Of a stretch of DNA of 36,979 nt, positions 16,755 through 25,734 are shown piece by piece. The notes under the pieces were generated by a model, which was not told the origin of the DNA, ran no database searches, and worked only from the letters and a program-made list of their open reading frames with translations. A program made the translations under genes and the position numbers. This DNA comes from Candidatus Brocadiia bacterium. GTDB taxonomy: Bacteria > Planctomycetota > Brocadiia > SM23-32. The stretch covers positions 1-36,979 of the forward strand of contig JBKHIT010000052.1 of NCBI GenBank assembly GCA_046538485.1, read 5' to 3'. Position 1 is the first letter of the stretch. Every line of letters begins with the position of its first letter.

Positions 16755-18950
16755 TTAAACCAGCCCACGCCATTTTCGCAGAGCCCATTCGCTTCCGATC
16801 AGTATCAGGAAAGCCAGAAAGAAGAACGGACTGTCCCAGATTTCGTTCCAGCGGTTGGTTTTGAGTCGCACGGGGTCGCCGGTTTCCTGAAGATCCTCGA
16901 GCATCTGGCGCAGACGGGTATGCGGATAATATTTTCCCCCGGCTTCGCTTGTGGCAGCAGATAGCCTTCGAAGAAGGCTGAGGTTTGCAACAGGATTTGA
17001 CAGCTCACGATCTGCCCGGGAAGCCTGGAAAGATGCAGTATCTTCTCCCACAATCTTGCCGCTGCGAGTGGCTTTGGCACTTATCAGGTAAGGACCGGAT
17101 TTCTCAGGGGCATAATTGGCCTGGAAATAGCCGAGTTCGCGCGAGAAAAGACTTTCGAGTTTCTGTGGCTCGCTCTCGGGAGGAGTCACCGTAATGTTTA
17201 CCGTTGCGTCTCGGATGGGGGAACCATCGGGCGCAGTCAGGTGCGCCTGCAGCGTTATGGGCTCACCCAGTCCCACCTGGCCCTTACTCACAACCAGTTG
17301 AAAAGCTTCTTTTTCCTCTTTTTTGATACCTCCCGTCCAAAGAGCCACCTGGCGCCAGAACTTTGTGAATTGTTCCTGGGTATCTTTAGCGGTGAAATAC
17401 CATTTGAACGTAGTATCTGTCAGCACGATCAGCGTTCCGCCAGCTCCAACGCGCTGCGCGCACAAAAGCGGATTTTTCTGTCTGTCCGTTGCGAGTACAG
17501 ACGCTTGACGTCTCGCTTCTACCCCGGTGAGAATGCCCGATAGAGGCGGCATCTTTTTCCATAAGGCACCGGTTTCTTGTTTGGTTTCACCGAGGGCAAC
17601 AACGGGGTGGCCAAGCGCATCGGGAGCGGGCACAAATTTGTGTTTGTTGCCTTCGTAGGACCATTTCGGCGGGAGTGAAACCGGCAATATCGTCTCAAGG
17701 ATACTCCCGCTGAAGCCGCTTCTCCCCGCATTTTCGGGTCCTATGAGCAGGGCCAGACCTGTACCTTTATTCATCACTTGAGATTTCAGCGTCTCAAGTG
17801 CTTTGCTGCCGAAAGCCTGGGGCGGCACATTTCCGAGAAAAACGGCGTCGTAGCGGGTCCAGTCAAGCTTTTCTGCCGGGATTTGATCCCCGGGTGCGAC
17901 AAGTATCCGAAGCAAATTGATTTGAGGAGCATTTCTTAGAGCGGCATAGACAAATTTGCCTTCGGGACGCAGGGATTCAAAATAACCGAGACGTATTCCA
18001 CTGCTGACGACTTTTACAAACTTACTGCGGACGTTGTTCTCGGGGATTATTTCATCTGCCACCTCTGCGGCTCGGATGATTATTTTCAGTTCCCCTTCTT
18101 CTTCCGGCGTGACATCAAACTGGACCGGGACAATTTCTTCGTCGTGGGCCACCGTAACTTTCTGAAATTTCTGGGTTTGGTCGGGAAGTTCCAGTTTGAC
18201 GTCGACGGTTTCTCCCTGACAACCGCGGAACAGGATTTTGGCGCGCACGGAGAATTTGCTGAATACATAGGCCCGACGGGGGGCGTCGATGCTGACTACT
18301 TTGACGTCCCGTATGCGCCCGCCAATTTCTTCCTGCCCCACCCCGACCGTATAGAGGGGCATATTAAGATCGGCCAATGTGGCGGCGGCTTCAAGCGGTT
18401 CCGGCGGACCGAGGTTGTGAGAACCGTCTCCAAACACAACCATACATCCCCCGCCTTGACCGAGATTGGTTTGATCCAGCGCTCCTTTTATCGCTCGGCC
18501 GTAAGCACTGTAGTCGGATGCATATTTCTGCTTGTTCTGATCAATTCCCAGATCACGGGCGAAGTGAAACGTCCGAACCTCGTACTTTTGTGCCAGTTTA
18601 TCCACTAAGGATTGGTTGCTTTTAAAGAGGCTTTCAATGGCCTTAAGGCGTGATTTCCCATCTGGTGTGTCCCGCACTTCTTGCATTGAGCGGCTGGTAT
18701 CAACCAGGAAAACGAGCGGTTTTCTTACGATGCGGTAGGTTGTTGTTTGGATAGCCGGCATCAACAGACACAACAGTAAGATAGCCACTGCGCCTATTCT
18801 TAGCGATATTAGAAAGGTTTTGAGCCATCCGCTAACAGGGCGAGTCGTCCGACGATAGCCTGCGATCAATACAAAGATCAGAATTATTCCAAGAAGGAGA
18901 GCCCCCCACCATGGAATAATGCCACGGAGGATAATGTCGGTTTCTTCCAT
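16755..18950 (-). CDS. Membrane protein with VWA, Ig-like and glutamine amidotransferase-like (DUF1355-type) domains
   Basis: Two N-terminal TMs, MIDAS LVDTSRSM...GDG, IPENN, YDAVFLGNV...LETILPV, FWRQVALW, C-terminal WDSP...EWALRKWRGLV. Start 18950 preferred over 19022. Confidence 0.8.
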   Translation of the reverse strand: MEETDIILRGIIPWWGALLLGIILIFVLIAGYRRTTRPVSGWLKTFLISLRIGAVAILLLCLLMPAIQTTTYRIVRKPLVFLVDTSRSMQEVRDTPDGKSRLKAIESLFKSNQSLVDKLAQKYEVRTFHFARDLGIDQNKQKYASDYSAYGRAIKGALDQTNLGQGGGCMVVFGDGSHNLGPPEPLEAAATLADLNMPLYTVGVGQEEIGGRIRDVKVVSIDAPRRAYVFSKFSVRAKILFRGCQGETVDVKLELPDQTQKFQKVTVAHDEEIVPVQFDVTPEEEGELKIIIRAAEVADEIIPENNVRSKFVKVVSSGIRLGYFESLRPEGKFVYAALRNAPQINLLRILVAPGDQIPAEKLDWTRYDAVFLGNVPPQAFGSKALETLKSQVMNKGTGLALLIGPENAGRSGFSGSILETILPVSLPPKWSYEGNKHKFVPAPDALGHPVVALGETKQETGALWKKMPPLSGILTGVEARRQASVLATDRQKNPLLCAQRVGAGGTLIVLTDTTFKWYFTAKDTQEQFTKFWRQVALWTGGIKKEEKEAFQLVVSKGQVGLGEPITLQAHLTAPDGSPIRDATVNITVTPPESEPQKLESLFSRELGYFQANYAPEKSGPYLISAKATRSGKIVGEDTASFQASRADRELSNPVANLSLLRRLSAATSEAGGKYYPHTRLRQMLEDLQETGDPVRLKTNRWNEIWDSPFFFLAFLILIGSEWALRKWRGLV

Positions 18951-19156
18951 AGACTTTCCGCGAGTTGGGATCAGCTCTTGATCTGGTATTCTACTGAGCA
19001 CGGGCCTGCCGTGCAATCTCAATGGGATTTACAGGGCTGTTGACCATTTGACAAGGCACATCATCCAGTATCTACTGATACCCCCGTTGCTCAATTCGAG
19101 AGGATTATGTGCAAGTTGATGTTGAACCAAATGCAGGCAGATAAGATGAGAGTGCC

Positions 19157-20671
19157 ATGAGGGACAGTATAAAGGATTCTCGGTTGGTCCGGGTAAGTAT
19201 CATAACAGTCAGCATTGTGCTCATTATCTGGATAGCAACTCTTCTTTTCGGACATATTGCGTTCCCTGCGAGTGACATATTGCCTGCTATAAAAGAGGGG
19301 CGGGCAACTCGCGTCAAAGGTATTGTTTTATTTCACCCCGGAACCGTGAGAACGCGAAATCCTGCTAACATGACCCCACTGCATGCTGCCGCAGAAAAAG
19401 GCTCCGAAAACATTGCCCAATTCCTGTTGCAAAAAGGTGCCGATCCCAATGTGAAAAATGATGATGGGGATACGCCGCTTCATCTGGCTATCACCCGAGA
19501 TCATAAGAATACCGCAGTGTTGTTATTGGAAAACGGAGCCGATCCGGATGTAAAAACTGGATCGGGTTATGCGCCAGTGGCATTGCTATGCCGGGAGCAA
19601 CGTGGCGATTGGCTTGACCTTTTGCTCCAACACGGGGCGTCATTGAAAAGACGGAATAGAAGCGGCAAGCTGCCCCTCCATGTCGCGATAGAAGCGAAGT
19701 TTAAAGAAGGAGTTCGGCTCATGATCGGGGCGGGGGCTGATGTTTCAGGCCGGGCGAAAGACGGGCGGACACCGTTACATTTTGCGGCCAAACTGGGTCA
19801 TACTGCAATTGCTCGGACGCTTCTGTTGAAAGGGACTCAGGTCGATGCAAAGGAATCCTCCGGTAAGACGCCGTTGCATCTTGCGGCGGAAGCAGGTAAT
19901 CAAGAGATGATCGAATTGCTCCTCAATAGCGGTGCGTCCATTGACGCCGGAGATCAATCCGGATGGACGGCACTTCATACGGCGGCGATGGAAGGACATG
20001 CAGAGACGGTTGAGTTGCTTTTGAAGAAAGGAGCGGCAGTAGGTGCTACTACCTCGAACAATGAGACACCTTTGCATCGAGCTGCCGATGGAGGACGGAC
20101 GGAAGTCGCGCGAGTATTGCTTGAACACGGTGCCGATGTTAACGCAAAAGGCGCAGGAGGAATGAGACCGCTGCACCATGCAAGCTCTCAAGGTCATCCA
20201 GAAGTCGCGAAAGTGCTTCTGATGGCCGGAGCTGACCCGGATGCGAGATCAAAGTCCGGCATGCGACCTCTTCATTGGGCCGCGGCCAATAACCGTGTCG
20301 AACTTGTTCGAATACTGGTCAAATGGGGAGCAGAAACGGATGTTAAGGGTTCCTACAGGGCCAGGACACCCCTGCATAAAGCAGCGGAGGAAGGGAATGT
20401 CCAGGTGGCGCGCACCCTGATTAAAGCCGGGGCGTCCGTAAATCGCACGGATATGGAAGGGAATAGTCCGTTGCATCGGGCAGCAAAATACGGGGAAGCG
20501 GGCTTGGTGCAGCTTTTGCTTGAGTATGGAGCGGTTACCACGAAGCCGAATTCAAACGGATTTCTTCCCCACGAACTGGCGGCCGAAAGGGGACATAAAA
20601 GGGCCGCGGCACTTATCCGGCAAAAATACGTTCCGGAAAAAGAAAAAGAGGAAGAGGAAAACGGGAATTAA
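19157..20671 (+). CDS. Ankyrin repeat protein with an N-terminal TM/signal anchor
   Basis: Twelve full ~33-aa repeats (TPLHxAA..G..E...LL..GADVN) plus two capping repeats after a hydrophobic N-terminal segment. Confidence 0.95.
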   Translation: MRDSIKDSRLVRVSIITVSIVLIIWIATLLFGHIAFPASDILPAIKEGRATRVKGIVLFHPGTVRTRNPANMTPLHAAAEKGSENIAQFLLQKGADPNVKNDDGDTPLHLAITRDHKNTAVLLLENGADPDVKTGSGYAPVALLCREQRGDWLDLLLQHGASLKRRNRSGKLPLHVAIEAKFKEGVRLMIGAGADVSGRAKDGRTPLHFAAKLGHTAIARTLLLKGTQVDAKESSGKTPLHLAAEAGNQEMIELLLNSGASIDAGDQSGWTALHTAAMEGHAETVELLLKKGAAVGATTSNNETPLHRAADGGRTEVARVLLEHGADVNAKGAGGMRPLHHASSQGHPEVAKVLLMAGADPDARSKSGMRPLHWAAANNRVELVRILVKWGAETDVKGSYRARTPLHKAAEEGNVQVARTLIKAGASVNRTDMEGNSPLHRAAKYGEAGLVQLLLEYGAVTTKPNSNGFLPHELAAERGHKRAAALIRQKYVPEKEKEEEENGN

Positions 20672-20701
20672 AGCTGGTCCGTTTTCCTCTTCCACGCTTT
20701 T
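20650..20701 (+). terminator. Putative terminator hairpin enclosing the ankyrin gene stop codon
   Basis: Perfect 15-bp inverted repeat GGAAGAGGAAAACGG (20650-20664) / CCGTTTTCCTCTTCC (20679-20693), followed by ACGCTTTT. Confidence 0.5.
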
Positions 20702-20750
20702 GTCAGTTTGACGTCATCTGGTTGCTGTCCAGAATCTGACGGTAAATTTG

Positions 20751-20776
20751 CCCGCCAATCTTCTCCGATTAGCGGG
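20751..20776 (-). terminator. Putative hairpin downstream of ilvD
   Basis: Minus strand CCCGCTAATC-GGAGAA-GATTGGCGGG, 10 bp with one G-U pair, about 23 nt after the ilvD stop; weak U-tract. Confidence 0.4.
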
Positions 20777-20799
20777 GTCTGCTATTAAAGAATTAGATC

Positions 20800-22485
20800 T
20801 TACGGTTTGCGATACACAGCTCCCGTCGCGGCACTGGTCACAAATTCTGCATAACGTGCCAGGTAGCCGGTTGTGATCTTCGGTTCAATGGGAGCCCATT
20901 CTTTACGACGTCGTTCAAGTTCCTCCTCATCTACCTTGAGATTAAGTTTCCGCTCGGGGATGTCAATCTCGATTGTGTCGCCGTCTTCAACCAGACCTAT
21001 TGCTCCTCCGCTGGCGGCTTCCGGACTTACGTGACCGATGCACGGACCACGGGTGCCCCCGCTGAAACGTCCATCAGTGATAAGAGCACAGGCGTCTCCC
21101 ATCCCCATACCAACGAGAGCGGAGGTTGGATTCAGCATTTCCCGCATTCCCGGCCCACCTTTGGGGCCTTCGTAACGGATAATAATAACTTCACCCTCAT
21201 TGATTTCCCCATCCATGATGGCCTTGATAGCATCATCTTCGCTGTTAAAAGTTCTGGCCGGACCGGTAAACTGAAGGGATTCTTCATTTACGGCGCTCTG
21301 TTTAACAACTGCCCCTTCGGGCGCCAGAGTGCCTTTGAGAACAGCCATTCCCCCTTGCGGATGGTAGGGGTTGTTGAGTGGCCGAATGACGTCGTCATCC
21401 ATCAGCTGCGCGTCGGCGGCAATTTCTTTTGAGGTTCGCCCGCTTGTGGTCAGACAATCGTTTAGATTCTCTTCGAGTCGCTGCAGCACGGCAGGTATAC
21501 CACCGGCATAATAGAGATCTTCCATGAAGTAGTCTCCGCCGGGACGGAGATTCGCAATGTGGGGGACTTCCCGGCTGATATCGTCAAACGTGTCGAGCGG
21601 GAAGTCGATGCCGGCTTCATGGGCGATGGCGGGGATATGAAGACAGCTGTTGGTCGAACCACCAAGCGCCATATCAACAACAATAGAGTTCCGAATACTC
21701 TCCTGCGTAATGATCTGACGGGATGTGATTTCTTCCTCAACGAGTTCCACGATTCGTTCGCCGCTTCGTTCAGCAAGACGCAGTTTGGCCGCTTCAACAA
21801 TTGGCGTGGCGGCGCATCCCGGCAGGCTCATCCCCATCGCCTCTGTGGCGCAGGCCATGGTGTTGGCGGTGTAAAGACCCTGGCACGATCCGGGACCCGG
21901 GCAGGCATGGAGTTCGAGATTGGTGAGTTCTTCTTCGTTGATGTCGCCAGCTTTATAGCGGCCAATAGCCTCGAAAGTGTCGCGCACCAGAGAAAGACGT
22001 TCGGGCTTTTCTTTGCCTGCTTTTCTCCAGTGACCGGCCAGCATTGGCCCGGCCGTGACAGCGATGCCGGGAATATCAAGCCGTGCAATTCCCATCAACA
22101 TTCCGGGGGTAATTTTGTCACAGTTCGTTAGAAGGACAAGACCATCGAGTCGTTGCGCCTCAGCAACAGTTTCAACGACGTCGGCGATGAGTTCGCGGGA
22201 GGGGAGGGAATAATGCATTCCGTGGTGTCCCATCGCAACTCCGTCGCAGAGGCCAGGGACGCCAAACAGAAAGCTGATGCCTCCGCCAGCCGCCACACCC
22301 TTTTGGATAGCGCGTTCCAGCGGCCGCATCATGCTATGCCCGGGGATGAGATCCGTGTAACTGGTGGCAATCCCAATCATCGGTTTCCCGACGTGGCGGG
22401 GGGCATAACATCCTGTCGCGTAAAGCAGTGCCCTGCTCGGAGCTCTTTCAACACCTTCAACAGCTATGGCGCTTCGTAGTGTCAT
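20800..22485 (-). CDS. ilvD: Dihydroxy-acid dehydratase
   Basis: [81 protein letters not shown] supports ATG 22485. Confidence 0.97.
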   Translation of the reverse strand: MTLRSAIAVEGVERAPSRALLYATGCYAPRHVGKPMIGIATSYTDLIPGHSMMRPLERAIQKGVAAGGGISFLFGVPGLCDGVAMGHHGMHYSLPSRELIADVVETVAEAQRLDGLVLLTNCDKITPGMLMGIARLDIPGIAVTAGPMLAGHWRKAGKEKPERLSLVRDTFEAIGRYKAGDINEEELTNLELHACPGPGSCQGLYTANTMACATEAMGMSLPGCAATPIVEAAKLRLAERSGERIVELVEEEITSRQIITQESIRNSIVVDMALGGSTNSCLHIPAIAHEAGIDFPLDTFDDISREVPHIANLRPGGDYFMEDLYYAGGIPAVLQRLEENLNDCLTTSGRTSKEIAADAQLMDDDVIRPLNNPYHPQGGMAVLKGTLAPEGAVVKQSAVNEESLQFTGPARTFNSEDDAIKAIMDGEINEGEVIIIRYEGPKGGPGMREMLNPTSALVGMGMGDACALITDGRFSGGTRGPCIGHVSPEAASGGAIGLVEDGDTIEIDIPERKLNLKVDEEELERRRKEWAPIEPKITTGYLARYAEFVTSAATGAVYRKP

Positions 22486-22530
22486 CGTATTACCTCGTAA
22501 AAGAGTCATTTCGTCGAACGCGAATAGCGG

Positions 22531-22559
22531 AGTCTAAACCCGGTGTCGTATAGTGTCAA
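22531..22559 (-). promoter_or_regulatory. sigma70 promoter of ilvD
   Basis: Minus strand TTGACA-N17-TAGACT. Confidence 0.7.
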
Positions 22560-22629
22560 GTTGGCTTCTGTTGCCACAATCTGCGTTACGGACCGGCTTG
22601 CAGAAGGCAGCCGGTATGAGAGAAAATTA

Positions 22630-22658
22630 TTGATGCCAGAATCGCCTGAAGTTAGACT
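22630..22658 (+). promoter_or_regulatory. Putative sigma70 promoter facing mreD
   Basis: TTGATG-N17-TAGACT, divergent from the ilvD promoter. Confidence 0.45.
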
Positions 22659-22768
22659 GGGCCTTTTCGGGCACGGTGCGCGTCAGAATCGATAGAAATG
22701 CAACGACTGGGTAAGAAAGGAGAAGCGGCACGAGCATCGGGTTTGTCAGAAAAACACGAATCATCCCT

Positions 22769-23242
22769 GTGGTTCTGATTCTGTTTCTTTTGCAGGTGAG
22801 TGTTTTGCACAGGGTCAGTGCTGGTGCTATGCGTTTGGATTTGTTCTACCTTCTCGCCGTGTACGTTGCGCTGGAAGCTCACTATCGCCAGGCCCTTATG
22901 TCCGCTTTTTTGATTGGATTGCTCCGTGACCTGGGATCCGCAACCAGGATGGGAACAAGCGCTTTTCTTATGACATTAGGAGCTGCGGGCTTGATAACCC
23001 TGAGACACCGCCTTTACAGGGAAGGCTTTATTACCGATATGGTCCTGGTCTTTTTATTCTCACTCTTCTGTGGTGTATCCCAGGCGTTTGGAACGGCGTT
23101 GTTGGGCCACTACGTTAATTCCCAGCTGTTGTTGGAACTGGCCGTAGGGCAGGCTGCCGTAACAGCCGTTTTTACCCCGCTTTTCTTTCCGATTTTCAGC
23201 GGTTGCGGAATTGTGCAGAAAGACGATAGAGTACTTGCTTGA
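22769..23242 (+). CDS. mreD: Rod shape-determining protein MreD-like membrane protein (orphan)
   Basis: 157 aa, very hydrophobic; LLQ.S, RLDL..LLAVYVAL, AFLIGLLRDL.S...G, terminal TAVFTPLFF pattern typical of MreD. Start is uncertain. Confidence 0.7.
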   Translation: MVLILFLLQVSVLHRVSAGAMRLDLFYLLAVYVALEAHYRQALMSAFLIGLLRDLGSATRMGTSAFLMTLGAAGLITLRHRLYREGFITDMVLVFLFSLFCGVSQAFGTALLGHYVNSQLLLELAVGQAAVTAVFTPLFFPIFSGCGIVQKDDRVLA

Positions 23243-23256
23243 ATTTCCCGAACCGG

Positions 23257-23727
23257 TTAAAGGTTTTGAGAGATGTTTTCTAATTGTTCAAGGAATGCTG
23301 CCGGAATCAACCCTTTTCGTTGAATCGGAACATCCCAGGTTATGACGCCATTTTTATTTGTGATGTGTTGGGTATACTCTTTAATCAATTCGTCGGGGAA
23401 GCGGGGATCGCGCCGACACCAGGACTGGCCGAGGTAGCTCAGCATGTGGTATCGCGCCCTGTGCCCGTTTCGTTCGACCCACGGGCCGGGGCATTCGGGC
23501 AGAGCCGTTGATATCTCTCCAGCTGTGTAATCTTCGTGTTGTGTATGGCAGGTTACCGGTATGCGCACCCCTGGATTAAATGCGACCAGAGCTTCGGGGT
23601 TGCCAGCCTTGAGAGCCTCAGCGAAACTGCGGAAGTTGGGTTCGTCGCTGTGACGATACATTTCGTCAGCGAAGTAACAGCCATCGATCCACCATCCGCG
23701 GACTTTTTCTCCCCATCGATTTGACGA
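23257..23727 (-). pseudogene. 5'-truncated alpha-L-fucosidase (GH29)-like gene remnant
   Basis: The frame extends upstream of Met 23661 as SSNRWGEKVRGWWIDGCYFADEMY up to an in-frame TGA (23728-30); WWxDG, ALKAGNP..LVAFNPG, EDYTAGE, GVITWDVP match the C-terminal half of a GH29-like barrel. Confidence 0.65.
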
Positions 23728-23740
23728 TCACACAGCAATT

Positions 23741-24421
23741 TCATACACCTTTTTTTTGACCGGGCCAGATAATTTTATGAAACTGGAGCTGAAGACGAAC
23801 ATCGTACCCGGACTCCAGTATCCAATGTGCGAGATTTTGCGCCGACAAAATTCCGTATACTGGGGAAAAAAGTACGGGACATTTTTCCATGAGACCCTGT
23901 GCGATAACGAAATCGATGGCCCAATCGAAATCCTTTCGGTCGGAGATGACAAATTTTACTTCGTCATTCGGTTTGAGCATCGCAAAGTTTTTCTCATACC
24001 CGGTGCCAGCCTCTCCACTACCCGGGCATTTGACATCGAGAATACACGAACAATCGTTGGGAAGGGGAGTTATGTTTTGAGAGCCATTCGTTTCAACCTG
24101 GACCCATTTCCCTTCATCAAGGAAACGTTGCACCAGCACGAGAGTGTTTTTCTGCAGCAGTGGTTCGCCTCCGGTGATACAAATCAGATCAGTCCCCAGA
24201 GCCAGCACCTCCCGGCATATTTGGTCACCGGATTTTGCAATCCCCTCTGATTCAGCCGCGTAACGGGTATCGCAGTAGGAGCAATTTAGGTTACACCCGG
24301 CCAGCCGTACGAATGTGCAAGGCGTTCCGGCGAGGGTGCTTTCGCCCTGAATACTTCGGAAGATTTCCGAAACTCGCAATTTGCGTTCTCCAGCCATGGA
24401 TTTATATCTTATCGGGTCCAT
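23741..24421 (-). CDS. queE: 7-carboxy-7-deazaguanine synthase (radical SAM)
   Basis: EIFRSIQGE, FVRLAGCNLNCSYCDT (CxxxCxxC), ITGGEPLLQ, ETNG, DVKCP.SGE, EVKFVI, QLQFHKIIW. Start may be 24397. Confidence 0.92.
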   Translation of the reverse strand: MDPIRYKSMAGERKLRVSEIFRSIQGESTLAGTPCTFVRLAGCNLNCSYCDTRYAAESEGIAKSGDQICREVLALGTDLICITGGEPLLQKNTLVLVQRFLDEGKWVQVETNGSQNITPLPNDCSCILDVKCPGSGEAGTGYEKNFAMLKPNDEVKFVISDRKDFDWAIDFVIAQGLMEKCPVLFSPVYGILSAQNLAHWILESGYDVRLQLQFHKIIWPGQKKGV

Positions 24422-24615
24422 CTTTTGAAGAAGAATTTTCCTTCCAGTCCAGACCTCTCCATGGTATCCGTTCGACCGGCAGTTTCAAAGTCTGGGACCT
24501 TGTCGTAAGGTCCGGATGCGCGTCTGAGGGCAGGATCCTGGATGTCGCTCCGGGCGCGTAAGTGTCAGGCCGGTTATTTGGTTGAGTTAAAAAAGTCTTT
24601 CAGGGCCGTGGCAAC

Positions 24616-24643
24616 TTGAACCGCCCGAGATCCCCGCTACAAT
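24616..24643 (+). promoter_or_regulatory. Putative sigma70 promoter of the isomerase gene
   Basis: TTGAAC-N16-TACAAT, about 48 nt upstream of ATG 24692. Confidence 0.5.
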
Positions 24644-24691
24644 GTCGGCTTGCCTTAATCTGTTTTCTTGTTTTTTGAAAAGGAGCCAAAC

Positions 24692-25456
24692 ATGAGTAAT
24701 CCGGTTTTGGGATTGCAGCTTTATACCGTGCGGGATGTCCTCGCCCAGGATTTTGAGGGAACAGTCCGAGAGGTTAGTGAAATGGGATATGACGCCGTTG
24801 AATTGACGGGCACCGGACCTTTTGACGGTGCCGGCCTGAAAACTTTTCTTGACGAATTGGGCCTCGATGCCGCGGGAATGCATGTCGGACTGGATATTCT
24901 TGAGAGTGATCTGGCTGGATCCATAGAACTGGCAAAAGCACTTGACCTCGCCACCCTGGTGTGTCCCTATCTGCCGGACGAACGTCGGGGAGGTCGTGAT
25001 GATTGGCTCAACACCGCGCAGATACTTGACCAAATGGGCGAAGAATGTCGTCGACAGGGTGTTAAACTTTCCTATCACAACCATAGCTTCGAATTCGTGG
25101 AGTTCGAGGGACAGTATGCGCTGGATTTGCTCTACGAAAATACGTCTTCAGAAAATGTGAGTTCCGAGCTGGACACATACTGGATTCAGCACGGCGGCGG
25201 CGACCCTGTGGAGTATGTCGAGAAATACGGGGAGCGCACCGTAATCCTTCATCTCAAGGACATGGCGGACGACGAAGAACGGTCATTTACAGAGGTCGGA
25301 AATGGAATTTTGGACTGGGAAGGGATTTATGGAGCAGCGACGGCTGCCGGAATCCAATATTACTGCGTCGAGCAGGACACCTGCCCGGGAGACTCCCTCG
25401 AAAGCGCCCGCAAAAGCGCGGAGTATCTAAAATCAGAATTCGGTCTCGGGTCGTAA
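24692..25456 (+). CDS. Sugar phosphate isomerase/epimerase (xylose isomerase-like TIM barrel)
   Basis: GLQLYTVRD, GYDAVE, YHNHSFEF, ELDTYW, HLKD, EVGNG.LDW, VEQD; SD AGGAG before ATG 24692. Confidence 0.9.
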   Translation: MSNPVLGLQLYTVRDVLAQDFEGTVREVSEMGYDAVELTGTGPFDGAGLKTFLDELGLDAAGMHVGLDILESDLAGSIELAKALDLATLVCPYLPDERRGGRDDWLNTAQILDQMGEECRRQGVKLSYHNHSFEFVEFEGQYALDLLYENTSSENVSSELDTYWIQHGGGDPVEYVEKYGERTVILHLKDMADDEERSFTEVGNGILDWEGIYGAATAAGIQYYCVEQDTCPGDSLESARKSAEYLKSEFGLGS

Positions 25457-25734
25457 GCTCAATACCGATCTTGCTCCGTTCCAAAGGAACTACGCAGAAC
25501 TGCCGGATTGCTGGAGCCCGTTGTGCTTGTTTGCCCTGAAAATGCAGCTGCATGGGATATTTCGAGTCCATCGCAAGATGGGCAAAGCAATCCGTCCTTC
25601 TCTTGGCCCAACACCGAGATTGCCGCGGCGATTATGCCGCCTCGCAAAGAAACGTGAACCTCAATAGCTAAGGGGATAATGCACGCTGAAGCACATGTGC
25701 CCGTGGGCCTGTGCATTTGCTTTGCATAGCCCGC

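Noticed and set aside
24422..24463. Possible preQ1 riboswitch upstream of queE (minus strand GGAGAGGTCTGG)
   Set aside because: It resembles the 5' end of preQ1-I, but there is no complementary CCTCT arm and no properly placed A-rich tail.
24504..24520. SRP RNA-like AGGTCCGGA motif
   Set aside because: It lacks the following AGGAAGCAGC and the long SRP helix.
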